This document shows, in pieces, positions 1 through 8,751 of a DNA stretch of 22,646 nucleotides. Position 1 is the stretch's first letter. Each line of letters starts with the position of its first letter. The notes under the pieces were generated by a model, which saw nothing but the letters and a program-made list of their open reading frames with translations, was not told where the DNA came from and did no database searches. The stretch is taken from the NCBI GenBank assembly GCA_048938025.1, contig JBHLMP010000003.1:66608-89253 (forward strand), read 5' to 3'. A program made the position numbers and the translations under genes. This DNA is from Promethearchaeota archaeon. Its GTDB lineage: Archaea > Asgardarchaeota > Lokiarchaeia > Sigyniarchaeales > SOKP01.

Positions 1-178
1 GATTGGATTCTACCAAATATTTTTCGTGCTTTAGATTAATCCGATTTTTTCCAGTAATTGAATCTAATACTAAAAATCCTGTATCTATAAATATAAAATC
101 CTTGACTAAGCAGGGAATATATGGATACATCAACTTAGATTTTTCAAACCAATTATGTATTGATTTCTTTTTTAACAT
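1..178 (-). CDS. 5' part of a hypothetical protein running off the left window edge (MLKKKSIHNWFEKSKLMYPYIPCLVKDFIFIDTGFLVLDSITGKNRINLKHEKYLVESN...)
   Basis: Manual translation: ATG at 178-176, open for 59 codons to position 1. Not in the ORF track. No family recognised. Confidence 0.45.
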   Translation of the reverse strand, partial: MLKKKSIHNWFEKSKLMYPYIPCLVKDFIFIDTGFLVLDSITGKNRINLKHEKYLVESN

Positions 179-582
179 GGGGTATATTTCTTATTTTTCC
201 AAAATTTATCAAAATTCTAAATCCAACTGACAAATAATTATTTAAAATTTATAATTAAACTCAATTCTTCAGATTGTTTATATAAATTATCAAAATTGAA
301 GAATTTAATAAATATCACCTTTCTATTTGTTAGCTGATCAATTATCATTAGAGCTGAAATTATTGGATTTTTAAAAAAGGCTAGAGCAACAATATCAAAT
401 TTAGAATCAATAGACGCAAAATTATCGTTAAATGATTTTAGGTTTACAAGAGCTTTAATAATCCTATATTTTTATCCCAACTACTAATTTTGTATAGTTG
501 TTATTAATAGTATAAGAAAAAAAAAATAAAATTTATTAGTTAATATTTTGATTATTCTTGTTATTTTTAGCTATAGGTCAGT

Positions 583-2340
583 CTAAAACTCGAAATAGAC
601 CGGATATAAGTCTAGTCTTGCAATGGCATTGGGAACCCAACCTTTAACATAACTCTGATAGACATCCTTATTCGCGCCCGTCTCAATCCATACAAAGAAG
701 TAGAGTTCTTCAAGCAATTTTTGTTGAATCTGGTTATAAATTGCTTGTCTTTCATCAGGATCGACCGTTGTCTCTCCTTCAAGCATTAAAACCTCTAATT
801 CATAATCATACGTATTGACCCAACCTGTGGTTCTGTTACTGTATAGTGGTGTAATCATATTTTCCGGATCTATATAATCAGGAGCCCATCCAATTATATA
901 CATTGGTATTTGGTCTCTTCTCAATGGTCCTGAAACTGTCTCCGTGCAAGTGATTATATCCCAGAAAGAGATCTGTACTAGCGGGGCATCAATCCCTATA
1001 AATTCTAGGTTATCCGAGAAATATAACCCAATATCTCTTCTTCTAACACCTTCCGTTTGGGCTGTAATATTCCAATGTTCAGTTCCTGGCCATCCTCCAG
1101 CGGCTGCTTGATCAAGCCATTCTTGATCAGTAGTAAAGCCAACTCCAAATCCCATCGATTGCACTATCGAACGTGCATAAGCACGATCGAATACAGGATA
1201 ATCAAATGAATAGTTTGACATTGGGATACCTTCGGGGATTGGAGATTTCAATCTGTAACCATTGCCTAACCTTATTACATCGATTACATAGGAATAATTA
1301 ACCGCATAGGAGATTGCTTTCCTCCAGGTTACATTAACCATATACCCGTTAAATCCCATATAGTCAAAACTTAAAGTAGGTCCGGCGTCTACGAAGGTTA
1401 TATCTGGATCAGCAATGAATTGATCGAAGAATTCTTCGAGTGGGGCATCATATAGGTCAATATCACCTGCTAATATGGCTGTATTTATTGCAATATCATC
1501 TTCAATAATCCAAATTACTAAATTTTTAACCTTTGTTTCACAATTTGCAGGTGTCAGCCAATAATTAGGATTAGCATGAAATTTCACTTCAACGTCTGTA
1601 GTATAATAATCGAGTATAAAAGGACCGGTTCCAATTAAAACATCACCGTCAGCATATGTGAGGTAGTCAAGTTCTTTGCCTTGTGCTTGTGCAGAGGTAG
1701 GTGAGTGAAAGAAAGCAGTATGAAAGTTTAATAAGTTAACGAATGATGCCTTAGCCATATTCATCTTAATTCTCACGGTGTAAGCGTCTTCTACTACTGT
1801 TTCATTAATAACACGCTCACCTCCCAATGTAAATAGGATAAAGACTTTGGTTACTCCAAAGTAGACGCTTGATGAAAGTGGTATGTTAAATGGAGCAGGT
1901 AAACCTGCGTTTCCTGAAACATTTAAGAAATAGTTTAATCTGTCAAAATTCCATTTTACCGCTGCCGCATTAAATGGAGTACCATCCGTAAAATTGACAC
2001 CCTGTCTAAGGTGGATTACCAATTCAGGTTTTTCCGCGGTACCTTCGACAGTTGGAAGGTCGGTTGCAAGCCACGGAATTAATGGATATGTAGGATCTGT
2101 TACATCTAATTTGTATAAACCTTCACAAACTTGGGAAATTACATCTCCTCCAGCTGTATCATAACATAAATGCGGATCCATATCCGTAGGACCTGCTATT
2201 GATGCAAAAATAAGCGTATCTTTTTCTCCTGGTTCTTCAATAACACCAGCCATTATGCCAAGTATAACATTACCAACTCCAGATGCAGCCAAAACTACAG
2301 CTAGAATTATAATAGCTAAATTTTTCTTTTCCATTTCCAT
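583..2340 (-). CDS. ABC transporter substrate-binding protein, family 5 (DppA/OppA-like), N-terminally membrane anchored
   Basis: Hydrophobic N-terminal helix. Family-5 motifs DMDPH, EGLY, PWLA, LRQGVNFTDGTPFNAAAVKWNFDR, GTGPFIL, ANPNYW, RKAISYAVN, GWAPDYIDP, ERQAIYNQIQ. Confidence 0.93.
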   Translation of the reverse strand: MEMEKKNLAIIILAVVLAASGVGNVILGIMAGVIEEPGEKDTLIFASIAGPTDMDPHLCYDTAGGDVISQVCEGLYKLDVTDPTYPLIPWLATDLPTVEGTAEKPELVIHLRQGVNFTDGTPFNAAAVKWNFDRLNYFLNVSGNAGLPAPFNIPLSSSVYFGVTKVFILFTLGGERVINETVVEDAYTVRIKMNMAKASFVNLLNFHTAFFHSPTSAQAQGKELDYLTYADGDVLIGTGPFILDYYTTDVEVKFHANPNYWLTPANCETKVKNLVIWIIEDDIAINTAILAGDIDLYDAPLEEFFDQFIADPDITFVDAGPTLSFDYMGFNGYMVNVTWRKAISYAVNYSYVIDVIRLGNGYRLKSPIPEGIPMSNYSFDYPVFDRAYARSIVQSMGFGVGFTTDQEWLDQAAAGGWPGTEHWNITAQTEGVRRRDIGLYFSDNLEFIGIDAPLVQISFWDIITCTETVSGPLRRDQIPMYIIGWAPDYIDPENMITPLYSNRTTGWVNTYDYELEVLMLEGETTVDPDERQAIYNQIQQKLLEELYFFVWIETGANKDVYQSYVKGWVPNAIARLDLYPVYFEF

Positions 2341-2417
2341 ATTGAATTCACTTAATAATTTTTTATTTTCTTTATTTTTTTTAGATTTGTGGTTATTTAT
2401 CTTTTTGAATTCGTATA

Positions 2418-2432
2418 CTTATAAGGTTTATC
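2418..2432 (-). promoter_or_regulatory. Putative BRE/TATA promoter of the SBP gene (GATAAACCTTATAAG on - strand)
   Basis: Purine-rich element plus TTATAA about 80 nt upstream of the ATG. The same AAACCTTATAA occurs upstream of aglH. Confidence 0.4.
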
Positions 2433-2671
2433 TTTTTTTTTTTATTGTTTTTTAAAATCATAAAAGATTTTTTTCGAGATTTTTAATCATCTTAGATTCA
2501 AAGGAATTCTATATTGAATTATTTATATTCTAGTGCTTTTTAATTTGCATGAAACGCTCAAATTTTTCAAAGAAATAACTAAGATGTTTTTAGGAAAAAT
2601 GTCAATTAGAGAAAAATGAAATTCTTGTAATGGGAAAGAAGTGGGATTGGTTTCTATCATTTTGCTATTTA

Positions 2672-3607
2672 TTATAATTTATCAAAATAAAATGAGAAAA
2701 ATAAAATTGCAACAAGTAATAATGCAGCTATTATCAAGCCTTTATCTAAAAAGGCTCTTTCTGTATTGCGAGCGATCCTTGGCTTAGCTGAAATTAAATA
2801 CATATATCTCATGAGAATATATAAAGAAATTGGGATAGTAAGTATCGCTATATATTCATAAAGTTCAGGAGTGTCTGGTTCAGCCAATCCAAATTTTATA
2901 ATTAAATAAAGAGAATATGTCATAAATAGAGAGCCGGCAATAATAACATGAAATTGATCTAATAATTTTAGAGAATATTGATCATATATTTTCTTATGTT
3001 CAACTGCTCTATCTTTTCCAAGAAATTCTAAATCTCCTTTCCGTTTAGCTATACTTAAAAACATTGCAATTTCAAAAATAGCTAAAAATAACCAAGCTGA
3101 AACAAATTGTTCGATTATTGCACATCCTGCCAATGCTCTCCACAGATATCCGGTAGATAAAATAAGTATATCAATGAAAGCATAATTCTTAAATAAGTGA
3201 TTATAAAGTTGACCTGTTATGATTATTAAGATTATTGTAAGAATAAAACCCAAATTACGGATCCAAAAGATCAGAGATGAAACCATTATTACCAATAATG
3301 CTATTAGCAATACTATAGCAAGAGAAATAGGTAAATCTTCTGAAGCAAGTGGCTTTTTTTTCAGTTTTTCTGGGTGTTTTTTATCAGTTTTAATATCTCT
3401 TATGTCATTGATAATATAATTAAATGAAGAGGCACAACATAATAAAATAAATCCTAGTATTAGAGGAAAATAGAGGGATGTTTCAAATAATCTTTCACTA
3501 AAAAAAATTCCTACGAAAATCATAACATTTTTATAATATTGTCGAATGCGTAGAAGATATAAAATATCTCTAATTTTACTTGTCATTGTTAACTTTTTGA
3601 AATACAC
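2672..3607 (-). CDS. UbiA prenyltransferase family protein (decaprenyl-phosphate phosphoribosyltransferase-like)
   Basis: LRIRQYYKN, YIINDIRDIKTDKKHPEKLKKKPLAS, AIAKRKGDL-type motif, RYMY, multiple TM helices. The true start may be the ATG at 3586. Confidence 0.88.
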   Translation of the reverse strand: MYFKKLTMTSKIRDILYLLRIRQYYKNVMIFVGIFFSERLFETSLYFPLILGFILLCCASSFNYIINDIRDIKTDKKHPEKLKKKPLASEDLPISLAIVLLIALLVIMVSSLIFWIRNLGFILTIILIIITGQLYNHLFKNYAFIDILILSTGYLWRALAGCAIIEQFVSAWLFLAIFEIAMFLSIAKRKGDLEFLGKDRAVEHKKIYDQYSLKLLDQFHVIIAGSLFMTYSLYLIIKFGLAEPDTPELYEYIAILTIPISLYILMRYMYLISAKPRIARNTERAFLDKGLIIAALLLVAILFFSFYFDKL

Positions 3608-3624
3608 ATTTATTTTAAACTTTG

Positions 3625-6171
3625 TTAAGTTATTATAATTCTTTCCGGCTTAAATTTCTTCAAGATTCTATACCCTAAACGACTAGAAAAGCTTGTTGAA
3701 GATTTAGTTTGAATCATTGCACTGCTGTATTCAAAACTAATTAATTCTATCGTTTTATATGGGATTCTTTTATCTTTACCAAATATGTTTTTAATAGTAA
3801 TTATATCCTCATTGTATTCTTCATTCTTATTGGAGATTTTTTCTAAATTTTTTAATTCTATACTTACTTGGTGAATATAACCAATTTCTAGATTATTTAC
3901 AGGTTTTTTCAGATAAATATATACTTTTATATTAGTATCCATCAACCATCTAATCACTTTAACTTCAGATTTTCTATATTTAACATTTTTGCTTATGGTT
4001 AAATATATCTTTTTAGGACGGATAATTAATTCACTAAGAGCATAATTCAAATGTTCTTGATCTTGATTTTCAGCTTTAGTCGAGTCGGAAAGAAAAATCT
4101 TAAAATCTTCCAGATTTTCAGCTCCTACGACATTTACGCATCTATAAATATTTAATTTTCCTTTTGATCTTAGAAATACCTCTTGATCTTTAAAATTTTG
4201 AATTAATACTATTGAATTTGGTAATTTAGTTTTTAAAATCGATTTTTGAACAATAGAACGATTCTTATTTATAAAGATATAGTATCCGTTTTTATTATCA
4301 TCCTTAAGTTCAATATCCGTTAAAATTAAGGGATTATCATTTTGGAAGAAATATGTTTCATTCAAATTAATTTGAATAAGTGAATACATTGATGAGTTTA
4401 ACAAACTTAATTCATTGGATTTTAAATTAGAAATAACATATTGATCACTATCACATATATCATCAAGAAATTTAATATCATTTAATTTACCAATTTCCAT
4501 TTCATCTGTAATTTTATTTTTAAAGATATAATCTTTCTCAAGGTCAAATTTGTATATTTCTTTTCTTCCAAGTGTATCCATCAATAATGAAATATCCTTA
4601 ATTTTAAAAAATTCTTTAAATTTTTCATTTGCTATTTGCTTAAATATAGATCTAGATTTTTCAAATTTTTTAGCATATTTTTTTTGTTTTGACTTTTTTA
4701 AACAAATAAATGGTAGAATTGCTTCCTTAATAGGTTTTAATTCATCGTTTAATATTGCAGCAATTCTATAAAAACTTGGAGGATGTGAATTTATAAAATT
4801 TGATAGAAGTGAAGCCTTAGAGGGTTTTATCATTGAGCGATATAAATAATTTGCAGTGTTCATATAATCCAGAATTTGGTTCTCTTTTGAGATTTTTTCT
4901 TCACTCAAAAGCATAGTATTAAGCCCAATTTCTCTTCCTGTAGTATAGAAACTCTCCAAATTATAGAGGGCTTTAACGAGCTCATATCCATAACCTGATT
5001 CTTTTGCTTTCAAATCTGCTTTTCCTTCTAAAATTCTGACGAATGCAAAAAGGATTATGTATATTATCAAATTTAAGAAGATAAAAGCAATCATTGGAAT
5101 CTGAGGATTCCCAAAGGTGTAATCATAAAAAGTTGCTGGTATGCCTAATAACATTCTTAATAATAAATCACCTGTAGTGATGAATGTTAATATAAATGTA
5201 TGCTTTCCTTTTGTATGAGCCAATTCATGAGCTACTATACCTTTTAGCTCATCTTCAGGAATTTGATTAATATCTTCAGCAATAATACTAATTCGTTTAT
5301 CAAAAGTAGACCCATAAGCCATAGCATTTAAAATTGGATATTTCCCAAAGCCAACCTTAACATCACCTTTTATTCCAATATCTAGTTTTACTTTTTTTAC
5401 TAATTCTAAAATTTCACTATTTTCTACTTTCTTAATCCCTAGTAATTTATCTAAAATTACACCAGAAATGAAATAGATAAGCCAATTAACTATAATCAAT
5501 ATGAAATATATATTCATAAAAAAATCTGATAATTTGAATTCCTTTAAAGTAAGAGGTTTATTAGAAATAAACTGCAATGGCGTATATTGATTAATAAATA
5601 CAACTGCTAACCAAGCTATTATATATAATAACAAAATTAAATATTCTGGGCTCATAAATCGCCAGACTACTATATATTTTCTACCAAATAGTATAAATCC
5701 CAGGATGAGAATAATCCAGAAAGAAAAGGCAAAGCTTGTATTTAAATAGAAAGGATTATCTAAATAATAAGAAAAGATTCCAGCTATAAAGATGGTATTA
5801 TAAGTCACTAAAGAGATTATTAATATCTTATTAATAATAGGATAATCCCTTAACTCAAAAATCCCTATCCATAAATATATTGAAAATGCACCCATTAATG
5901 AAGTTAATATGTCTTTTGAAAAGAAAAAGATAAGAAAAAAAAAGAATAAAATGGCAACAAAATCACTCATTTCACTTCTTTTTCCATTCTTTACCCAATG
6001 ATAGAATTCTTCAGTTGTTAATAAATATAATAAAAAGGATACTAAAAAAGTCCAATCTTTTAGAAGATCAAGTAAAGAGTAATGAAGTATTACAAGATTT
6101 AATAAGAAAAATGAACTGATTGAACAAGAAAGATATATAATAAATAGAGCATACCTTGTGAACTTTTTCAA
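3625..6171 (-). CDS. M48-family (HtpX/Ste24-like) membrane zinc metalloprotease with extra N-terminal TM region and long soluble C-terminal extension
   Basis: NAMAYG, ELKGIVAHELAH (HExxH), EGKAD third ligand, SHPP. About 8 TM helices precede the catalytic domain. TTG start. Confidence 0.85.
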   Translation of the reverse strand: MKKFTRYALFIIYLSCSISSFFLLNLVILHYSLLDLLKDWTFLVSFLLYLLTTEEFYHWVKNGKRSEMSDFVAILFFFFLIFFFSKDILTSLMGAFSIYLWIGIFELRDYPIINKILIISLVTYNTIFIAGIFSYYLDNPFYLNTSFAFSFWIILILGFILFGRKYIVVWRFMSPEYLILLLYIIAWLAVVFINQYTPLQFISNKPLTLKEFKLSDFFMNIYFILIIVNWLIYFISGVILDKLLGIKKVENSEILELVKKVKLDIGIKGDVKVGFGKYPILNAMAYGSTFDKRISIIAEDINQIPEDELKGIVAHELAHTKGKHTFILTFITTGDLLLRMLLGIPATFYDYTFGNPQIPMIAFIFLNLIIYIILFAFVRILEGKADLKAKESGYGYELVKALYNLESFYTTGREIGLNTMLLSEEKISKENQILDYMNTANYLYRSMIKPSKASLLSNFINSHPPSFYRIAAILNDELKPIKEAILPFICLKKSKQKKYAKKFEKSRSIFKQIANEKFKEFFKIKDISLLMDTLGRKEIYKFDLEKDYIFKNKITDEMEIGKLNDIKFLDDICDSDQYVISNLKSNELSLLNSSMYSLIQINLNETYFFQNDNPLILTDIELKDDNKNGYYIFINKNRSIVQKSILKTKLPNSIVLIQNFKDQEVFLRSKGKLNIYRCVNVVGAENLEDFKIFLSDSTKAENQDQEHLNYALSELIIRPKKIYLTISKNVKYRKSEVKVIRWLMDTNIKVYIYLKKPVNNLEIGYIHQVSIELKNLEKISNKNEEYNEDIITIKNIFGKDKRIPYKTIELISFEYSSAMIQTKSSTSFSSRLGYRILKKFKPERIIIT

Positions 6172-6189
6172 AATAAATACCTTTAAATT

Positions 6190-7566
6190 TTAATCAAATT
6201 CATTAGGTTTTTTTGTTTTCATTTTGTTAATTTGTTGCCAAAAATAACTGATTGTAATATAATACCACACGATGAATCCAATAATAAATAATACAAAGAC
6301 GAATAGTAGATTAATAGGAAGTTTTATAACTCCTAAATTAATTATCCCAATCGGAAGCGGAATGATTAGAAATTCGACTATTATTAGGAAAATGATTCCA
6401 GAAACTAATAAAATTATCATTAATGTAATTATCCCTCGAGTTCTAGGAAATTTATATAATAAGAATAAAGTAGGAACACCAAGTATGACAATAATAAGAA
6501 AAATACTAAATATATTATAATTCCCTAAAGTCCATTGCATAAAAAAAATAGATACAATAGAAAAAAATCCACAAATAATAGAAATTACATAAAAATTTTT
6601 AACTAATTCTGGTTCTGTTAACGCTCCTTTTGCTAATATTAACCTTGGTAATGTAAGAGCAGCATCTTTTTGATCTGATGCCTTTATTCGATCGTCTTCT
6701 AGTAGGATGATATCCTCCTTTTTCTCTCTTATATCACTGCTTTCAAGGAAACCACGGACTGAATAAATTACATAGAAGCTATTGAATATATGTATTAAAA
6801 GGGCGCAAAAGGCAGCAACTTCAAGTGATCCGAATAATGCAATACCTGCAATCATTGCTCCCATACTTAATGTTCCTATATCTCCTGGAAAAACTTTGGA
6901 TGGGAATTTATTGTAGATAAAAAATGGTATAATAACGGCAATTACTGGAATAGAAAAAATAACTGCTTCAGCAGAATTCCATAAAAGACCACATATAAAT
7001 AAAAAACATACCGCAATTAAGCATGTTCCAGAACCTTCACCATTATAACCTTCTAACATATTCACAGTATTTATAAATACTGCCACAATTATAGGTAAAA
7101 CTAGAGGATAAATAATGGTTAATCTTGTTCTATCTAAAAATGGAATTATTGGAGAAGGGATGTTTATAAAGTCGAGATAAATAGCTAAAAATATAGCACT
7201 ACCAGAAAATAGGGATAAAATAATTTTATATCGCGATTTGAATTTTATTCTATCATCAATAAATCCTATTAATCCAGCTAATAAAACTGTTAGTAAAAAG
7301 ATAAAAGTTACTTTGAAAAAATTAGAAAAGAATATCATTACCAAAATCGAGGCAATTACAAATCCAATAACTATACTAAGACCACCAGATTCAGCAATTT
7401 CAGGGCGTGCGTTTTTATGGATGTCATATCCTACATATTTTTTCTTTTTCATAAATTCTATTATATAAGGGAGGATGAAGTATGTAGCGAAAAAAGATAC
7501 AATAAAAATAATTATTAGATAGAGTATTTCTATTAAATTCCAATTTAATTCAGATAACGGAATCAT
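6190..7566 (-). CDS. aglH: UDP-GlcNAc:dolichol-phosphate GlcNAc-1-phosphotransferase (AglH/Alg7/DPAGT1-like, MraY/glycosyltransferase family 4)
   Basis: GYDIHK..PEIAESGG, GFIDD, NTVNMLEGYNG, YNKFPSKVFPGDIGT. Polytopic membrane protein. Confidence 0.85.
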   Translation of the reverse strand: MIPLSELNWNLIEILYLIIIFIVSFFATYFILPYIIEFMKKKKYVGYDIHKNARPEIAESGGLSIVIGFVIASILVMIFFSNFFKVTFIFLLTVLLAGLIGFIDDRIKFKSRYKIILSLFSGSAIFLAIYLDFINIPSPIIPFLDRTRLTIIYPLVLPIIVAVFINTVNMLEGYNGEGSGTCLIAVCFLFICGLLWNSAEAVIFSIPVIAVIIPFFIYNKFPSKVFPGDIGTLSMGAMIAGIALFGSLEVAAFCALLIHIFNSFYVIYSVRGFLESSDIREKKEDIILLEDDRIKASDQKDAALTLPRLILAKGALTEPELVKNFYVISIICGFFSIVSIFFMQWTLGNYNIFSIFLIIVILGVPTLFLLYKFPRTRGIITLMIILLVSGIIFLIIVEFLIIPLPIGIINLGVIKLPINLLFVFVLFIIGFIVWYYITISYFWQQINKMKTKKPNEFD

Positions 7567-7664
7567 GATTTTATAAAATGTTTAAATTTATTATGAAGTT
7601 ATCAATAACTGAACTTTCAAGATGAAAAAATAAAATACTTGATTTATTATATTTTTTTATTTTT

Positions 7665-7676
7665 TTATAAGGTTTT
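7665..7676 (-). promoter_or_regulatory. Putative BRE/TATA promoter of the aglH-M48-ubiA run (AAAACCTTATAA on - strand)
   Basis: Shares AAACCTTATAA with the SBP upstream region. About 100 nt upstream of aglH. The downstream genes are co-oriented with 17-18 nt gaps. Confidence 0.35.
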
Positions 7677-7802
7677 ATATAATAAATAGATTGAAATTAG
7701 TGCTTGAATCCATTTAAATTACTTTCATTAATTTTTATGAGAACAATTGTACTTTTAAGAGTTAAATTATACGACTCTATAAATGTTTATTAAATAAAAA
7801 GT

Positions 7803-7907
7803 TAGCCCGACACGGATTTTCGAGATAATAGTCGATATGACTAAGATTTTCGAACCGTGGTCCAGGGGTTCAAGGCCCCCGATGCTTGGCCACTACACCA
7901 TCGGGCT
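7803..7907 (-). tRNA. tRNA-Gln(UUG) with 32-nt intron at position 59/60
   Basis: Acceptor AGCCCGA/TCGGGCT (A1-U72, typical of archaeal tRNA-Gln) plus discriminator A. D arm GTGTAGTGGCCAAGCAT. Anticodon arm GGGGG-CCTTGAA-CCCCT. T arm CACGG-TTCGAA[intron]T-CCGTG. CCA not encoded. T-run follows. Confidence 0.92.
7817..7848 (-). other. Non-canonical tRNA intron (T-loop, 59/60): AATCTTAGTCATATCGACTATTATCTCGAAAA
   Basis: BHB-like motif: T stem, 4-bp helix TTCG/CGAA, bulges AAA and AAT, internal hairpin TAGTC/GACTA. Removal restores the TTCGAAT T-loop. Confidence 0.88.
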
Positions 7908-7930
7908 TTAATTTATAATTTTCAATATAA

Positions 7931-8554
7931 TTATATATTAAAAGGTTTTAGATCTTGATTAAAAAACTCTTCATCTAATAAATTTTTTTTAGTTTTAAGA
8001 AATTCAACTTCTTTTATTTCATCTCGATATTCATCAGGTAGCATTTGTGGAATTGTTTCTATTATAGGATACCAACGACCGCAATTTTTACAAAACAATA
8101 ATCCTGATTCAATTTCAATTTCTAATTTTATTTTATTTATAAAAAAGAGCTCAGGAAGTAAATCTTCAATTTGGTTAAGATTTATATTTTTGGAGAATTT
8201 AATAATCTTTGGTTTTATCTCTGATTCAATAATTTTAAAGCAGTTTTTGCTAGTCTCAAGATTAGTTTTGTCAGTAATGTTGTCTAATTCATTAATACTT
8301 GCAATAATCAGTTCAAGGTAGATTGTACTTGGGCTTTTTTCCATAATAATATTATCTTTTAACAAGAGTATTTCGTTTTCCATTGAGATTTCAACTACTT
8401 TTTCTTGTTTAATATAATTTATATCTCTATTCCTGTATACATTAATTATCGATTCGAATTCTTCTGGTTTAGTTTCAAAAGAAAAAATATATAATTCCAA
8501 TGGGAAATGTTTATCAATAGGACAAGCCAATATATCGAATAACCAAGGTTTCAT
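7931..8554 (-). CDS. trm112: Trm112-family methyltransferase activator with a long internal insertion
   Basis: N-terminal MKPWLFDILACPIDKHFPLEL and C-terminal EIESGLLFCKNCGRWYPIIETIPQMLP zinc-ribbon halves. Confidence 0.85.
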   Translation of the reverse strand: MKPWLFDILACPIDKHFPLELYIFSFETKPEEFESIINVYRNRDINYIKQEKVVEISMENEILLLKDNIIMEKSPSTIYLELIIASINELDNITDKTNLETSKNCFKIIESEIKPKIIKFSKNINLNQIEDLLPELFFINKIKLEIEIESGLLFCKNCGRWYPIIETIPQMLPDEYRDEIKEVEFLKTKKNLLDEEFFNQDLKPFNI

Positions 8555-8751
8555 TTTTTTCTACACTCTTTGATTTGATAAATGATCTTTAAAATTTCTA
8601 TGTTTTAATCAAATAAATAAGTGCTCAAGGTATATTGAATTTAATTAAGGTAATAAACTTTTTTTTAGATAATCAAGAGCATGTTTAATAAATATTTCAA
8701 TCGATTATAAGATTATAGTTTTGATATGTTTAAAATAATTTTATAATCAAA

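Noticed and set aside
7803-7907. Reading the tRNA as Ser(UGA), or the T-loop repeat as an integration att scar
   Set aside because: The Ser register destroys the anticodon stem and there is no long variable arm, while A1-U72 and the D arm fit Gln. No integrase or displaced tRNA 3' copy is present.
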